Source of the DNA: a virus | Lineage: Duplodnaviria; Caudoviricetes | DNA length: 64,000 bases | Strand: one strand, 5' to 3' | IMG/VR virus record: IMGVR_UViG_3300031949_000003 | Shown here: piece by piece, positions 31,147 through 43,074 of the stretch | How positions within the stretch are numbered: the stretch's first letter is position 1 | Layout: every line of letters begins with the position of its first letter | Position numbers and translations under genes: made by a program | Notes under the pieces: generated by a model | Told to the model about the DNA's origin: nothing | The model's input: only the letters and a program-made list of their open reading frames with translations | The model's database searches: none

Positions 31147-33673
31147 GGCAGCACCTCCTCGCGGATCTTCCTGGCAAGCGCGACGGTCCGATCTGCTCTC
31201 GGGCCCGAGTGGTACCAATTTGCGGCGTCCATCAGCGCGTCGTAGATGTCGCGCCACTCTGCCGCGGAGAATTCGCTGAGGGAGCCATGTGGCAGCCTGT
31301 GAACCGTGGCGACCTTCGGTTTTTTCTTCACGAGAACCTCCCGAAGGACGCCGGTCCGAGCCGCTCGTCCTTGATCGAGCAGATGCGCACGAAGGCAAGG
31401 CGCTGGTCACCGTCGTAGTGCTCGACGAACAACTCGTCGGGCATCGTGTCGCCGGTGAGCCCGAGCACGATCGGCAGATCGCCGTTATCGGGGTCGCGCC
31501 CCTTCAACTCGTCGAGCGCCTTGATCAGTTCGTTGACGGTCATCGGGCCTCCCTTCACGCGTGCTCTCGGATCGCCGGACACCACATGCACTTGTGCCCG
31601 TAGATGGGCTCTTCATAGACCTCGAAGCTGTCCCGATCCACGGCCGAGCGCGTGCCGACGACGAGCGGGATCGCGAAACAGTGACGGCAGCGCTTGCCGT
31701 GACTACGGTGTCCGTTGTGGCCCACCGGATTGAGATCGGGGACGCCTTGCTTGGTCAAGCGATCACTCATGTGCGCTCCCTCGTCCTCACCAGTCGCCTC
31801 CCGAGATTCGCAGACTGCTCGTGCTGTCGACGACATTACTTTTCAGCGGGCGCGCGCGGGCGTCGTGCGACGGCCCGCGCATCAGACAGAGCGTGTCACT
31901 CGCAACGTACAGCGACAGATCAGCGTCGATCGAGCGCAACAGCTCGATCGCCTGACGAAACGCACGGACCGAGGACGCTCGGCTCACAGTCGCGCCTCCA
32001 CGCCATAGAACTGGTCGCGAGATAATTCGTGATGCTTGCGATAGTGATCCTCCCACGCCACGTAGTCATCACGCGTGAGCGACTCCTGCCCACGGCAACC
32101 ACCCCAGGCGCGCGCCGGGCAGTGCTCGAAGAAGTGATCGGAGCAGCAGCAGTCGCAGCCGGCCAACTCGTTCAGCTTGTCGAGATCGCCTTCCCACATC
32201 GCGCGCTGTAGCTCCTCGTCGATCACGCGTGCACCAGCCCGCGGTAATCGCGGTGCGTGAACGGCACGTCGTGCGCGGCGACGCGGCGGAGCAGCGCGAT
32301 CGCCTCCTCCTTCGTACGGCCGGGCTTGTCGTTCCAGCGCGGAATGAGCCGCTTGCCGAAACTGTGGCGCATGCCCGTCGTCGCGCAGATGACGGACTCG
32401 GCGCGCGCCCAAAGCGTCCAGCGATACTTCTGCTTCGGATCGGCCTCCACGATCGCGTCGCCGACGCAGAGACCGGATCCGCGTTTGCCGCGGCGAAAAC
32501 CACGCTCTTCGATGAGCTGGATCGCGCGGAGCACAGCCGCGCGGAGTGCACGAGAGGACAGCATCACAGAAACCCTTCTCGAAGCGGCGGAAGACCAGCC
32601 GTCTCGCGCGCATCGGCGCTCTTGAACGCGTCTTCCCAAGTCGGCCCTTCACCGATGAGCAGTGGCCTGCACCGTCGACGATCAGCATCGCTCCAGAGCA
32701 CATAGCCGACCATGCAACGGTTGAGCACTTTTTTGGCGCGGAGACAGACCTGTGCAGACGATCCGAACTCGCCGCGCGATGACCAGCGGCGGTCTGCTTC
32801 GGTCCACGCTTGGTGTTTGGTCACAGAGCTTCTCCCTTCTGCGGATAAGGAATCGGCGCGCCGTCTTCGTCACGCCAGTTGCCGCGCCAGCGGTAGAGCT
32901 GACACGGCGGTGGCCGATCGTTCTTGGCGAGTCGCACCAGCGTGCACTCGGCCAAGAGGTCGGGGACGTGCGGGAGCCACAGCCCGGTGAACCCATCGCA
33001 GCTACAACAGCTACCTCGCGTCGAGTGCCAGGCGGGCCACGGATCGCCATCGTTACTCGGACGGCGATACACCGCGAACAGCTCGCCGTCGTAGGACACG
33101 GACACCTGCGTCAGCCGGTGCGCGAGGTACTGGATCGCATGCGAGCGCACTAGGTACCGCGGATCGAGAAGGGCCTTGGCGACCTTCATTAGACGACTCC
33201 CTTGGCCAGTGGCGGTATCGCCAGCAGATGCGCCAGGACTTGGTCGGCACGCCGCAACGTCCAGCCGCACTCGTCACGCAGCATGCGCAGCGCGACGACG
33301 CGATGATGCGCGACGTCGGTCGCGTAGGCGATCTCCAGGGCCGCTTTGCCCAGCTCGATCTCTTCGGACGTGAACATGCTAGAGCGACCTCCGCGTCACC
33401 GCTGGCTTGGTGTCCCACGGCTCGCCCTGATGACCCTTCGTCCAGGCGTCATTGCACTTGCCGTCGAGACAGCGATACTGCGGCCGACCGTCCGCGGCCT
33501 CGCCGTCGCGAACCGCGGTCTTCTGGCCGCACTTGTAGCAGCGTCCGCGCTCCATCTTCATGAATCCTTCCGTCCTCGATTCAATACGCGATGGGCGATC
33601 TTCATGCAGCCCGCCATGACGAAGACAATCGTGGTGACCATCCACGCGCCCAACACGAGAGCAAACAATCCCC

Positions 33674-34471
33674 TCATCGCAGGTGGATCCTCGCTTCGCC
33701 GATCGCGAGCTTCTGCTCCTGGGTCAGGTTGTCGACCAGGCCGCACTTGTTGCACTGCATAGCCACGAGCGTGCGGGTGACCTGATCGGCCGTCGAGTGG
33801 ACGTCGCCGATCGGGAAGCAATTGGACGTCTCGCCCGCGACGATCGTGCCGTCGGCTGAGATGCTAGGCGAGCAGTTGCCGGCCATCCCGAACGCGGCGC
33901 GAGCACGCAGCATCGTCAGAGCCTCGCGGACATTGCCGAGTGAGAGCGTGAGCGATCGGAGGTTGAACGACGTGGGTCCCTTACGGACCGGCACGCCGTC
34001 GGTGCCGGCCTTGGCGCGGGCAGGCTTCATGCGCCCGAGCGGCACCAGAACAGTCAGTGTCGGCACGAATACGACGCGCGGATCGTCCGTCGGGATGTTG
34101 GTCGGTTGCTTGGGATAGAAACGCGGATCGTTGGTGACCTGCACCATCAGTCGCGGCCACTCGGGGCGAAGAATCTTGGAGCGCCGCCCGGGATCGTCGA
34201 GCCACATCCCGTTGGTGATGAGAATAACGTCGTAGCCGCCACTGATCACCGTCTCCAAGAACCACTCGACGTCGGGATGCTCGGTCGCCTCACCGCCGCT
34301 GATCAGGATCCGCCGCGGAATGCCCGCGCGCCACGCGTCTCCTTCGAGACGCTCGGTGAGTGCGAGCGCCGCCAGGAACGTCTCTCGCGTCATGTGCTCG
34401 CCGGCCGGAGTCGAATCTTCCATACAGTGCGAACAGCCCATACCGCAGCGATTTGTAATTTTGATCAGCAC
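33674..34471 (-). CDS. radical SAM protein with SPASM/twitch-like C-terminus
   Basis: CGMGCSHC (CxxxCxxC), ISGGE and ITNG motifs; C-terminal Cys cluster. Confidence 0.88.
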   Translation of the reverse strand: MLIKITNRCGMGCSHCMEDSTPAGEHMTRETFLAALALTERLEGDAWRAGIPRRILISGGEATEHPDVEWFLETVISGGYDVILITNGMWLDDPGRRSKILRPEWPRLMVQVTNDPRFYPKQPTNIPTDDPRVVFVPTLTVLVPLGRMKPARAKAGTDGVPVRKGPTSFNLRSLTLSLGNVREALTMLRARAAFGMAGNCSPSISADGTIVAGETSNCFPIGDVHSTADQVTRTLVAMQCNKCGLVDNLTQEQKLAIGEARIHLR

Positions 34472-35272
34472 TGCTACTCGCCCCACCCGCGCAGGTCGTT
34501 GGCGACATCGAGCCAATACTGCGACTTCGCGAGCATCTTCTCCGCAGCTTTCGCGCGTCCAGCCTCCAGCTCCTCGTTGTAGTTGCCGAGATAGCGGGCC
34601 GCCATCATCTCAGCGTGCACGATGCGCTCCTCGACGGTGCGCTTGGTGCGCGTCTTCGCGGTCATCTACCTCTTCCTCCGGCGCCGGCCGATCGCGGAGG
34701 CGACGAGATCGCCCGCCATGTAGCCCGCGATGCCCGCGCAGATGCCACGCGGCTCGGCCGCGATGTTGAACGACCGCATCACGTGCAAGAAGAAGTAGGC
34801 GACGAGGATCGCGACCATGACGATGACGAAACGGCGGACGGTGTCACTCACGGCTTGACCTCCGGCTTGGGCGCGAGCTTGTAGAACGCCTCGAACGCCG
34901 CGTCCTCGACCACGCGCGCCGGCACCATGCCATAGCGCTGACGCATGAACTTGTCGTCGTCAAGCACCAGCTCGACCGCAGGGCCGATCACGGCCCGCGG
35001 CTGCTCTTGCATGAGCAGCCCGTACGCCATGTCCACCGCACGCTTGCGGACCTCGGATCGTGTCCAGATCTTGCCCTTGAGGCTCGTGATCATGTAGCGC
35101 TCTTGCCACTCCTTCGCGGTCACGACGCCCCCTCCGTGCGCGTCTGCTTGCCGGTGTAGACGGCAAGAACACGGCTGCGGAAGGTGATGTCGGCGTCGAT
35201 GCTCATGACCCCACGTAGAAAGCAGTTCGCGTGCCCACGCGACCGCGTCGCAAACGTGCGTCGCCAAATCCC

Positions 35273-35363
35273 GGGTACCTTGGCACCCGGTCTCCAGGAG
35301 TCGACATCCCACGCGGGTCATGCGGATCGGCGTGGCGCGCAAGACACGGGTTCTGAACTACCC
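35273..35363. promoter_or_regulatory. pair of GGGT-N8-ACCC operator-like sites
   Basis: GGGTaccttggcACCC at 35273-35288 and GGGTtctgaactACCC at 35348-35363, intergenic. Confidence 0.7.
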
Positions 35364-37530
35364 AGGTCACGAAGCCACGTCCTTCCAGGCAACCGACCAG
35401 CCGCAATCTCGTGTCAGTATCTGCGTATCGACCTCGGCGGCGAGCTTGCGCAGCCACTTCTCGTCGGCAGGTGCTGCCGGCTCGCGTTCACGAACAACTC
35501 TGCGCCGTCGACCAAGCGCATGAGGTAGAGCACGCGCGCGTCGCCCCAGCGCTTGAGCTTGCCGAGCGCGCGGACGTCGGCCTGCTCGAACATCTCGGAG
35601 CTGCCGCCGACCCACGACCCACGGGCCCCACGGATGCGAGAGTGCGCGCGTTCCTGTCACGTCACCTCACCAACGTCCCCGAAGATCCCTTCGCCAACAC
35701 CTCCGAAGATGCCTTCAACGGAATCCCGCGAGGATTCACTACGGGCACTAGTCGTGACGAGTCCCAGATGATCGCGGCAAGCCAACCGGCCTGCCACGCG
35801 AACGACTTCGGATAGCTGCCACGCTCGCGGTTGTCACCGCAGCGCATCCAGCCGACCAGTTCCTCGACAACCATGTCGTGACTCATGTCGTGGAGCATCT
35901 GCGCGGCGATCTCGGCCGCGCGCACTTCGATCCGTACAGCCTCGCGACGTCTCATCGACGTACCTTCGGCCCGTCGAAGCGGTGCTTGCATTCCAGGCAC
36001 TGCCAGCGTGCCGTGCCGGGCGCCTCACCCGCGATCGGCCGGCCGTAGTTGCGGAGTGGCACCGTGTCGGCGTGGCTGCAACGCGGACACGCGAGTTCCG
36101 GCAGCGGCTTCTTCTTCACCTTCACGTCAGCTCCGTCAGCTCGCTGATCGTCTCGAGCACGCGCCGCTCGAACTCCGCGTGTGTCTCATCTTCCTGCCAG
36201 GTGAGGCGGCGCTTGTACGTGTTCTTGTTCGTGTCGACCTCGATCGTCACGGCGACCTCGCGAATGTGCTCAGCCATGCGGCACATCCACGTTCGGATCG
36301 TACGGAATCCGAACCACCGCACCCAGCCGATAGAACCTACCGGGTTCGAGCTGCTTCGCATGCGGCACGCAGCGACCGCGACCGCCCTCAGCGAGCTGCT
36401 CGATCGTTGGCCGTGCCACGCGACACGCAGCTTCCTCGTCGGAGGCTTCAACAATCGCGATCGCGATGTCGGGCTCTCGGTAGAGCGTCTTGTCCTGGAT
36501 CGTAACGACAAACAGCATCGCTTAATAGGTCTCCCTATCCATCGCACAGTTGAAGCAGATCCAACCGTCGCACTTGATCAGCTCTCCATCGATGAAGATG
36601 ATCCAACGGCGATGTCTGGCGCTTTCCGCAGGACACCACTCGCAACAACGGTTGCGGCGCCTCATCGAGACCTCCGATTCTTGATTGCCTCGAACGCGAA
36701 GTACGCGGCAACAAAGGCAAGAGCTCCAAGCGCGACGAGCCACGAAAACGCGCTGACCCCAAACTCCCACGTGTGATCACGCCAGGTCATCGGATCACCT
36801 CGACGGAGACAGGCACCGGGGCCATCGGCCTCTGCGCGTTGAGCTGGTTCGCGATCCGTCGTGCGGCGTGCCCGTCGAACGCGAGCGCGCGAGCGCGCAG
36901 GCAGTCCCAACTGTTCTCGCTCGTCGTGTCGCTCCATGCAGAAAGAAAGTACGGCATGAAGCCGGTGCGCTGTACAACGACGTACTTCACCGAACCGCTC
37001 GAAGAAGGCTTCACGAGATCTCCGTCGGCGGGCGCACCAGCTTGAAGTGGCCGCCCTTGAAACCGCTCCAGTCGTACAGCCAGAAGCGCGGGAATTTGTC
37101 CGTGGCGCCCGCGTAGGCCGCGTCGACACGCGTGATCAGGTCCCAGTCCTTGGGGTCGCGATCCGCCGGATCAATCGACACCATCCCATCGAACTCTGAA
37201 ATGTCCTTCTGGCGAAGGCCGTGCGCGCGCATCACCACCGTCATCGCACGCAAAATCGCGCGCCAGCGCGGCATCGGCAACGGCACACGCACGATCATGA
37301 GCGGGCCCGGGCTGATGACGGTCATGTAGTGCCGCTGTGTCACGCAGGCTCCAAGACCTTCAGCCACGTGCGGATCAGCTTGCGGATGCTCCGGCGCTCA
37401 CGTTGAGCTTCGAGCTGGCGATCACGCTGCTCGCTGCGAGCTGGCCGGCGTAGCCGATGCTGGACGAATTTCTCCAAGCGGCGGAAGCTTCGATCGCGGC
37501 GGTACGCCTTGCGGTTGCTCTTGCGGTTGC

Positions 37531-38466
37531 TCACGCGGCTTCCTTCGTGGCGCTGCCTTCTTCGAGGTACCCACAGCCAGTCGCCTTCGTTGCGCGGTTC
37601 GCCGCGCCGCAGATCTTGCACCGGGCGACTTTGGGCTTGTACTTCTTCTCGACGAACATGGGCAACGGCGTCCCCTTGCCCTTCTTGAAGCCCATGATCG
37701 AGAGCTTCAGGCCGTCGTGCACGCCTTCCTTGGGCTTGGTGATCGGGCGATCCGCCTCCATCTTGACGACGCGTGCGTACTGATCGGGCAGCTCGCGCGC
37801 GAATGTCTTCCAGTCGCCGAGGCTTCCGAACGGACAAAACACGCACGCACTCTTGCGCGGGATCGGGTAGCCGCTCGCACGCACGATTGCCTCGCAGCGG
37901 CAGCGGCAAAGGCCCTGCTCCATGAGCGGGAAGCGGTTGTGGCGGCGAGCGCGCGGCTTGGCGCCCTTCTTCACGCGCTTGGGGGCCTTGAGCTTCGCGC
38001 CCGTGTTCGGATCTTTCTTCGCGCGCTTCTCCTCGCCAGCCTCGAAGCCGATCCAGACTTCAATGTCCTGACCGGGAAAGCGATCGGCCGCCCAACGCTC
38101 GAAGCGCTCGACCTTGGCGATCGTGGTGCACTGGCGGCCCGGGCCTGCCATCGGCATCGACTTGCGCGCCTCCCACCAGGCGAACAGCGATCGGACCTCG
38201 CCCTTGGTGCCGCCGCGCACGGGGTAGTTGATGTGATCGATCTTGACGAACTCGATACCGTACTGATCGCAGATCGGCCGCACGACCTCGTCGATGTGGC
38301 GATAGGTGCCAGGCCACTCGCCGGGATCCAGCGGGTGCCCGGTGTCCATGAAGACCACGACGTCCGGCAGCTCGCCGCGATCGATCGCGGTCAAGAGCAT
38401 TACGAACGAGTCGAGGCCGCCGCCGTACGAGAGGATCTTGGGCCAGGCGCGAAGGTCGTTGCTCAT
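37531..38466 (-). CDS. PAPS reductase-family (PP-loop) protein 2
   Basis: SYGGGLDS, FMDTG, EWPGTY, CTTIAK, IGFEAGE, FPL and PRKSACVFCPF motifs. Confidence 0.82.
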   Translation of the reverse strand: MSNDLRAWPKILSYGGGLDSFVMLLTAIDRGELPDVVVFMDTGHPLDPGEWPGTYRHIDEVVRPICDQYGIEFVKIDHINYPVRGGTKGEVRSLFAWWEARKSMPMAGPGRQCTTIAKVERFERWAADRFPGQDIEVWIGFEAGEEKRAKKDPNTGAKLKAPKRVKKGAKPRARRHNRFPLMEQGLCRCRCEAIVRASGYPIPRKSACVFCPFGSLGDWKTFARELPDQYARVVKMEADRPITKPKEGVHDGLKLSIMGFKKGKGTPLPMFVEKKYKPKVARCKICGAANRATKATGCGYLEEGSATKEAA

Positions 38467-38626
38467 CGCGACCTCCCGAGACGCCGAGCGACCTCGGCCA
38501 GCTCGGCCTCGATGTCCGCGCCCGTGACGACGTAGCGAGGACGACCGGCGCGCTCGTACGCGGCGCGCTCGATGTAGAGCCGCGTGAGCCACGGAGGCAT
38601 CCAGGGACACTGAAGGCGTTGCATGA

Positions 38627-38959
38627 CTACCACTCCCCCCGCTTAATAGCGCGGATGAAGTAACCGAGCGGCTGATCTCGCTCGGTTTCCAAACAGAGCA
38701 GCTCGCGGATGTTCGCGGGCAGGTCTTTGTCCTCGACGTGAAGCTCCGGCCGGTAATAGTCGGCATTGTCGGCCGCGGGCTTCGAGATGAACCACGTGCC
38801 GTTGCCGGACACGAAGTCGTAGTTGTGCTTCTTGAAGTACGGCAGGATCTCGGTGCGTGCCTCCTCGGCGAGCTTCTCGACCTCGGCACGGAACGCCGCC
38901 TGCGCGACGTCGAGCGCCTTGGAGAGCTGGCCGAGCCTTTTCTTGGAGAGATCTTTCAC
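38627..38959 (-). CDS. hypothetical protein
   Basis: 110 aa, GGAGG SD, GTGA overlap. Confidence 0.65.
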   Translation of the reverse strand: MKDLSKKRLGQLSKALDVAQAAFRAEVEKLAEEARTEILPYFKKHNYDFVSGNGTWFISKPAADNADYYRPELHVEDKDLPANIRELLCLETERDQPLGYFIRAIKRGEW

Positions 38960-39224
38960 GACGCCTCCTCTTCCGACTCTTCATGAGCCGCGGAGGTCTC
39001 CGTCGCCATGCGATGGTGCGACTTCAGGCGAAGGCAGATCGCGGTGCGCAGCGCGCAGACCTCCGCGACCTCGATCGCAATCTTTTCCTGCGCGAGCACG
39101 ATCAGAAGCACGAACTGGGACACGATCGCCTCCCGCAGCTCGGGCGCCAGCAAAAACCACGCGGGCTGGTACTTGCCGGCGATCTGCTTGGCGAACGTGC
39201 GGACCTGGCCGTCCGACCAGCCGC

Positions 39225-39680
39225 TCACGACGACGCTCCTTCGAGAGAGCTAGCACGAGCGGCACTCGCCCAGCGCGACATCGCGCGGCGCAGCTCGTCG
39301 TAGTGCTCGGCCTCGGCGTGCAGCCGCGCAAGCTCCTCGTCGAGCGGCTTCTCCGGGTCGAACCGAGCCATGGTGCGCATCGCCAGGCTGCGCGTGTCGT
39401 GGTCGTACTTCGTGCCCGGCTGCACGAGCTGCGCGGTGAACTCCCAGAAGAAGTGGAAGTTCCCCTCGTAGCCGTCCCAGCTCCAGTCACCGACGTGGAG
39501 CGGACAGTCGAATTGGAGGAGATCCTTCAGCGCGCGGGAATAGCGGTCGAACGCGTCCGCGTAGTGCAGACTCGGCCCGAGCCCGTGGAGCGGGGCACCC
39601 GCCTCCTTGAGGCACGAGGCCGCATAGGTCATCGCGTCACGCAGCTTCTGCTCCTTCGACTGTCGCTTCTTCGTCGCCAT
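39225..39680 (-). CDS. hypothetical protein (first gene of the long minus-strand block)
   Basis: MATKKRQSKEQKL... Confidence 0.65.
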   Translation of the reverse strand: MATKKRQSKEQKLRDAMTYAASCLKEAGAPLHGLGPSLHYADAFDRYSRALKDLLQFDCPLHVGDWSWDGYEGNFHFFWEFTAQLVQPGTKYDHDTRSLAMRTMARFDPEKPLDEELARLHAEAEHYDELRRAMSRWASAARASSLEGASS

Positions 39681-39809
39681 GCTTCTACCAGGAGCAACCG
39701 CCGCGCCAGCCTGACAGCATAGTGAGTGCACGCCAAGTCCCAGCACCGATGCTCGTGGCATCGTGTACCCAGGGCCTGACGTTCACAGATTCCGGCGCGC
39801 TCAAGACAC

Positions 39810-39825
39810 GGGTAGCCGCTTACCC
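39810..39825. promoter_or_regulatory. GGGT-N8-ACCC operator-like site in a divergent intergenic region
   Basis: aagacacGGGTagccgcttACCCagg. Confidence 0.7.
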
Positions 39826-39927
39826 AGGGCACGGCTGATCACGAGCTTGACGCGCCGGAAGAGACCTCGGTCGTCTCTTCGTAGGACGTGTCAGGTCGTG
39901 GAATGCAGGCTGCACTTGACGACAAGC

Positions 39928-40308
39928 ATGACGAAGACGACGCATGTGAAGATCCTCTGGTGCATGCCGATCGCGGGACCGCTCTACCGCGCGCAGGGCG
40001 AAGACGGCGACCTGTACTGCTACGACTGGACGTTCCGTGCCGCGACCACGATCGACGGAGTCGCTGACGGCCGAACGTTCGAGCACGAGACGTATATGGT
40101 GCGTGGAGCGGTCAAGAGCCCGGAGGGCTTCTGGGTCGCCAACTACAATCACAAGAACGATGTCGAAGCGTTCTGCCGACGCGTCGAGGAGCGCGGATCG
40201 ATCGATCTCGCTTATTGGATCGAGACGACCGGCCAGAACTTCGATCTGGAGGCCGCGTTGAAGGAAGAAGCCGCGCGCGAGCAACTCGAACGCGGAGGGC
40301 GCTACTGA
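39928..40308 (+). CDS. hypothetical protein
   Basis: MTKTTHVKILW..., coupled to the next ORF. Confidence 0.65.
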   Translation: MTKTTHVKILWCMPIAGPLYRAQGEDGDLYCYDWTFRAATTIDGVADGRTFEHETYMVRGAVKSPEGFWVANYNHKNDVEAFCRRVEERGSIDLAYWIETTGQNFDLEAALKEEAAREQLERGGRY

Positions 40309-40666
40309 TGCGCGGGCACGAGAAGACGCTCTCGAACACCGGCTGTCCGTGGCCCGGCGGCGCGGAGGTCGAGTTCGCGCAGACGGACGTCGTCCAGCTC
40401 GGCAAGCTCTACTGCTGGGGCAGCGCGGCTGTCTCGTTCATCGTGCGGCTACGCGACGAGCGCGAGGTGTTCGTGCGCGCCGACAAGCAGAGCAAGGAGG
40501 ACGAGCGTTTCCTGCGGAAGCTCGCCAAGCCGATCCGCGGCTGGGCACCCGGCAGAGGCGAGGGCTTCCGCACGGTGTGGGGATCGCCGCAACCATGATC
40601 ACGCGCGACGCGACAAAAGCCCTGAGCTGCCCGCGCAATTCAATCGTGGCGTACAGCCGACGCGCG

Positions 40667-40864
40667 TCATCGCGCACATCTCCACGAGCCAGGCTTTAGC
40701 GTGAACGTCTTGTACCCGACGAAGACGACGGCTGCCCCCGCGAGCCCCCAGACAACCCATTTGGTTACTTTTCCCGCTGTGGTTGTTGGTGCTTCTGCGC
40801 GCTCTGCGCCGATGAGGCTGTGATAGCCACGTGGCGAGTGCCCGTACTGTCCACGCGCGTTCAT
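40667..40864 (-). CDS. small single-pass membrane protein, RGxYG family
   Basis: MNARGQYG start; CCATTTTGTCCC and TATACT upstream. Confidence 0.65.
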   Translation of the reverse strand: MNARGQYGHSPRGYHSLIGAERAEAPTTTAGKVTKWVVWGLAGAAVVFVGYKTFTLKPGSWRCAR

Positions 40865-41005
40865 CGTTCGAGTATACAAGCGTCGGGACAAAATGGGAGT
40901 TTTGAGCACCTTCACGAGCACCTTCACGTGGAGCAGCCCGGTGAAGTTACGCGGTTGACGCGCCACCGCGTCGAGCGACCGCTCGATGTCGACTCGGACG
41001 CGTAG

Positions 41006-41414
41006 TCACGGTTTCGGCCGCGAAGTCGAAGTCACCTTCGCGCGAAGACTCGAACGAGGTCCCTGCATCGCGGCGGCGCGAGCCTCTGCCGCCTCGCGAG
41101 AACCAAAGTCGAACGCGGCATCCGGGCTCATCGTGCCGCCACTGCCGGTCGCCGCGACGTAGGCCCACTGACTGCCGGGCATCTGGAACGTCACGAGCTC
41201 GCGCTGGCTCAGTTCACGGTTCACGCTCGCGCTCGAGCTGCGCCTTCGTCTTGCGAGCTTTCTTGGGAGCAGCAGTCTTCTCGCTCAAGATCTTCTCGAC
41301 CTCGACCCACGTCCAGACTTGCTGGAATGGCTTCCCGTCGCGCCAGATCGACCACGGCTCCTCGACGCCGCGCGAGAAGACCTCGAAGGGACCTTGCTTC
41401 TTGGCGCTGATCAT
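41006..41414 (-). pseudogene. hypothetical gene with KTKAQLERE/VNREL module split by a 1-nt frameshift near 41225
   Basis: MISAKKQGPF...KKARKTKAQLERE, then one extra C, then VNRELSQRELVTF. Confidence 0.5.
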
Positions 41415-41445
41415 CTGCCTGCCTCCCAAGATTCTACGCCCAAGA

Positions 41446-41841
41446 CTAGCGGAACGTACGAAGCGCCCGCACATAGCCGCGACTCTCACTGCCTGGCGTC
41501 GCCGGAGCGCTGGGAGCAGGGAGCTGCCGACGTTGAAGGACAGTCGTCCGCTGAGGACCTGACACGATGAGAGCGCGACCACCTGTCGGTTGATTGGGTT
41601 GATTTGTTTGATTCACCACGACTGGACGATCACCCATCATCTGCACCTCCACGCGCGGCAGAGGTTCTCGGACGATCGCGTCTCGGTAAGGATTCCGATC
41701 GTCTGAAACACGTGGAGCGCGAAGCCCGAGGGAGACACGCGCTGCTTCGAGGGCACGCGCCTGGTCGTCGGATGCAAGACTCACGAGGCAATCGCAGATC
41801 ACGCTCACGACAGCGTGCAACGGGGTCTTGTCCGTACTCAT
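41446..41841 (-). CDS. hypothetical protein
   Basis: 131 aa with GGAGG SD. Confidence 0.6.
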   Translation of the reverse strand: MSTDKTPLHAVVSVICDCLVSLASDDQARALEAARVSLGLRAPRVSDDRNPYRDAIVREPLPRVEVQMMGDRPVVVNQTNQPNQPTGGRALIVSGPQRTTVLQRRQLPAPSAPATPGSESRGYVRALRTFR

Positions 41842-41867
41842 TCGATCCTCCGCTTAGAGCGTTGATC

Positions 41868-42266
41868 TTACATCCCCGGAAGCTTGGATGCCGTGATTCC
41901 GTCACCACTGCGCAGGCGCGTGTGCCGCCGACGCCAGCTCGGCAGGTAATGATCCATGCGCGCGTAGAAGCGCTCGTCGTGCCCGGATCCCTTCTCGTCG
42001 TTGACGAGGAGGTGCACGAGCTCGTGCACCACCACATATTCGAGGTCGCCTGGCGACATGTCCGCGAGTGACTGGCTGATCCACAAGCGACGCTCCGGCA
42101 GGTTCAGCGATCCAAACGAGCGCATTTTCTTGATGCGGAACTCGCTGAGGGTCACACCCAAGATCGGCTGCCACTTGTCGAGGATCTTCTGGACGCACTT
42201 TTGAAGACGCGTGCGCTCCTGGTGATCCGCGATCTCGCGGTCGAGCTGGCGGGGCGTCTTCACCAC
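41868..42266 (-). CDS. YgjP/DUF45-like zinc metallopeptidase-fold protein with N-terminal KTPRQLDREIAD module
   Basis: IKKMRSFGS, EYVVVHELVHL, GHDERFY and LPSWR motifs. Confidence 0.85.
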   Translation of the reverse strand: MVKTPRQLDREIADHQERTRLQKCVQKILDKWQPILGVTLSEFRIKKMRSFGSLNLPERRLWISQSLADMSPGDLEYVVVHELVHLLVNDEKGSGHDERFYARMDHYLPSWRRRHTRLRSGDGITASKLPGM

Positions 42267-43074
42267 GATGATCGTAGCTCAGTCCTCGCCCGCAAGGGCG
42301 TTGCCTCTCGAAGGCTCTTGGCGGTCGAGCTGTGCGGGATCTTTCTTGACCGTCAAACACCCTCACGCGAAACTGAGGTCGTGCCACGAGCCACGGATTT
42401 TGTGCGGGAATTCAAGGGCGCGCGGGGATTCAAGGACGGCTGGTACTACCGGTTGACCGACGGGTATCCCTGGATCGGACCATTCGTGACAGAACACATT
42501 GCTGGTCACGCGAGAGCACATGTGACCAGTAACGCCAGAGACGTCTGGTCCGAACCGCAGTGGCTCAAGATCTCCACGTCCGTCGCCCTTGGTCGTCTCT
42601 TCCTGACACCGCCCCGCGGCGCCCCCGCATTTAAGATACCTGCGACAAGCCGCCACACGGTCCCGGCATCATTGCCGCTTCAATCAAACGGCTACCAAGC
42701 GCGACCACGACTCGCACTGTCCACCCGTCAAGAAGCCCCCGCAGGGCGCGCTGAGAGAGCCGCTCCAGAATCGGTCATGGTCCCACGTCGGCGCGGTTCA
42801 CGAACAGCCTGACGCCTGACGCTGATCTAGCTGTGCTGCCCAACAATCGGCGGAGCAGTCCACAAACTGTTGCCCGTTTATCGATCAAATGGCAACGCCG
42901 CCCGCAGGGCCGTTTCGGGGACAACCGGCCGAAACACGAAGGTCAGCGGACTACTCACGTCAGGCAAACAGAAGATGGCATCAGGTCTTGTCTGCATCCT
43001 TCGTGATGGGGACTACGTCGATCGGTATTCTCGTGTACTTCCTGGAATGCCTCTCATGAAATAGCCGCTCGACT

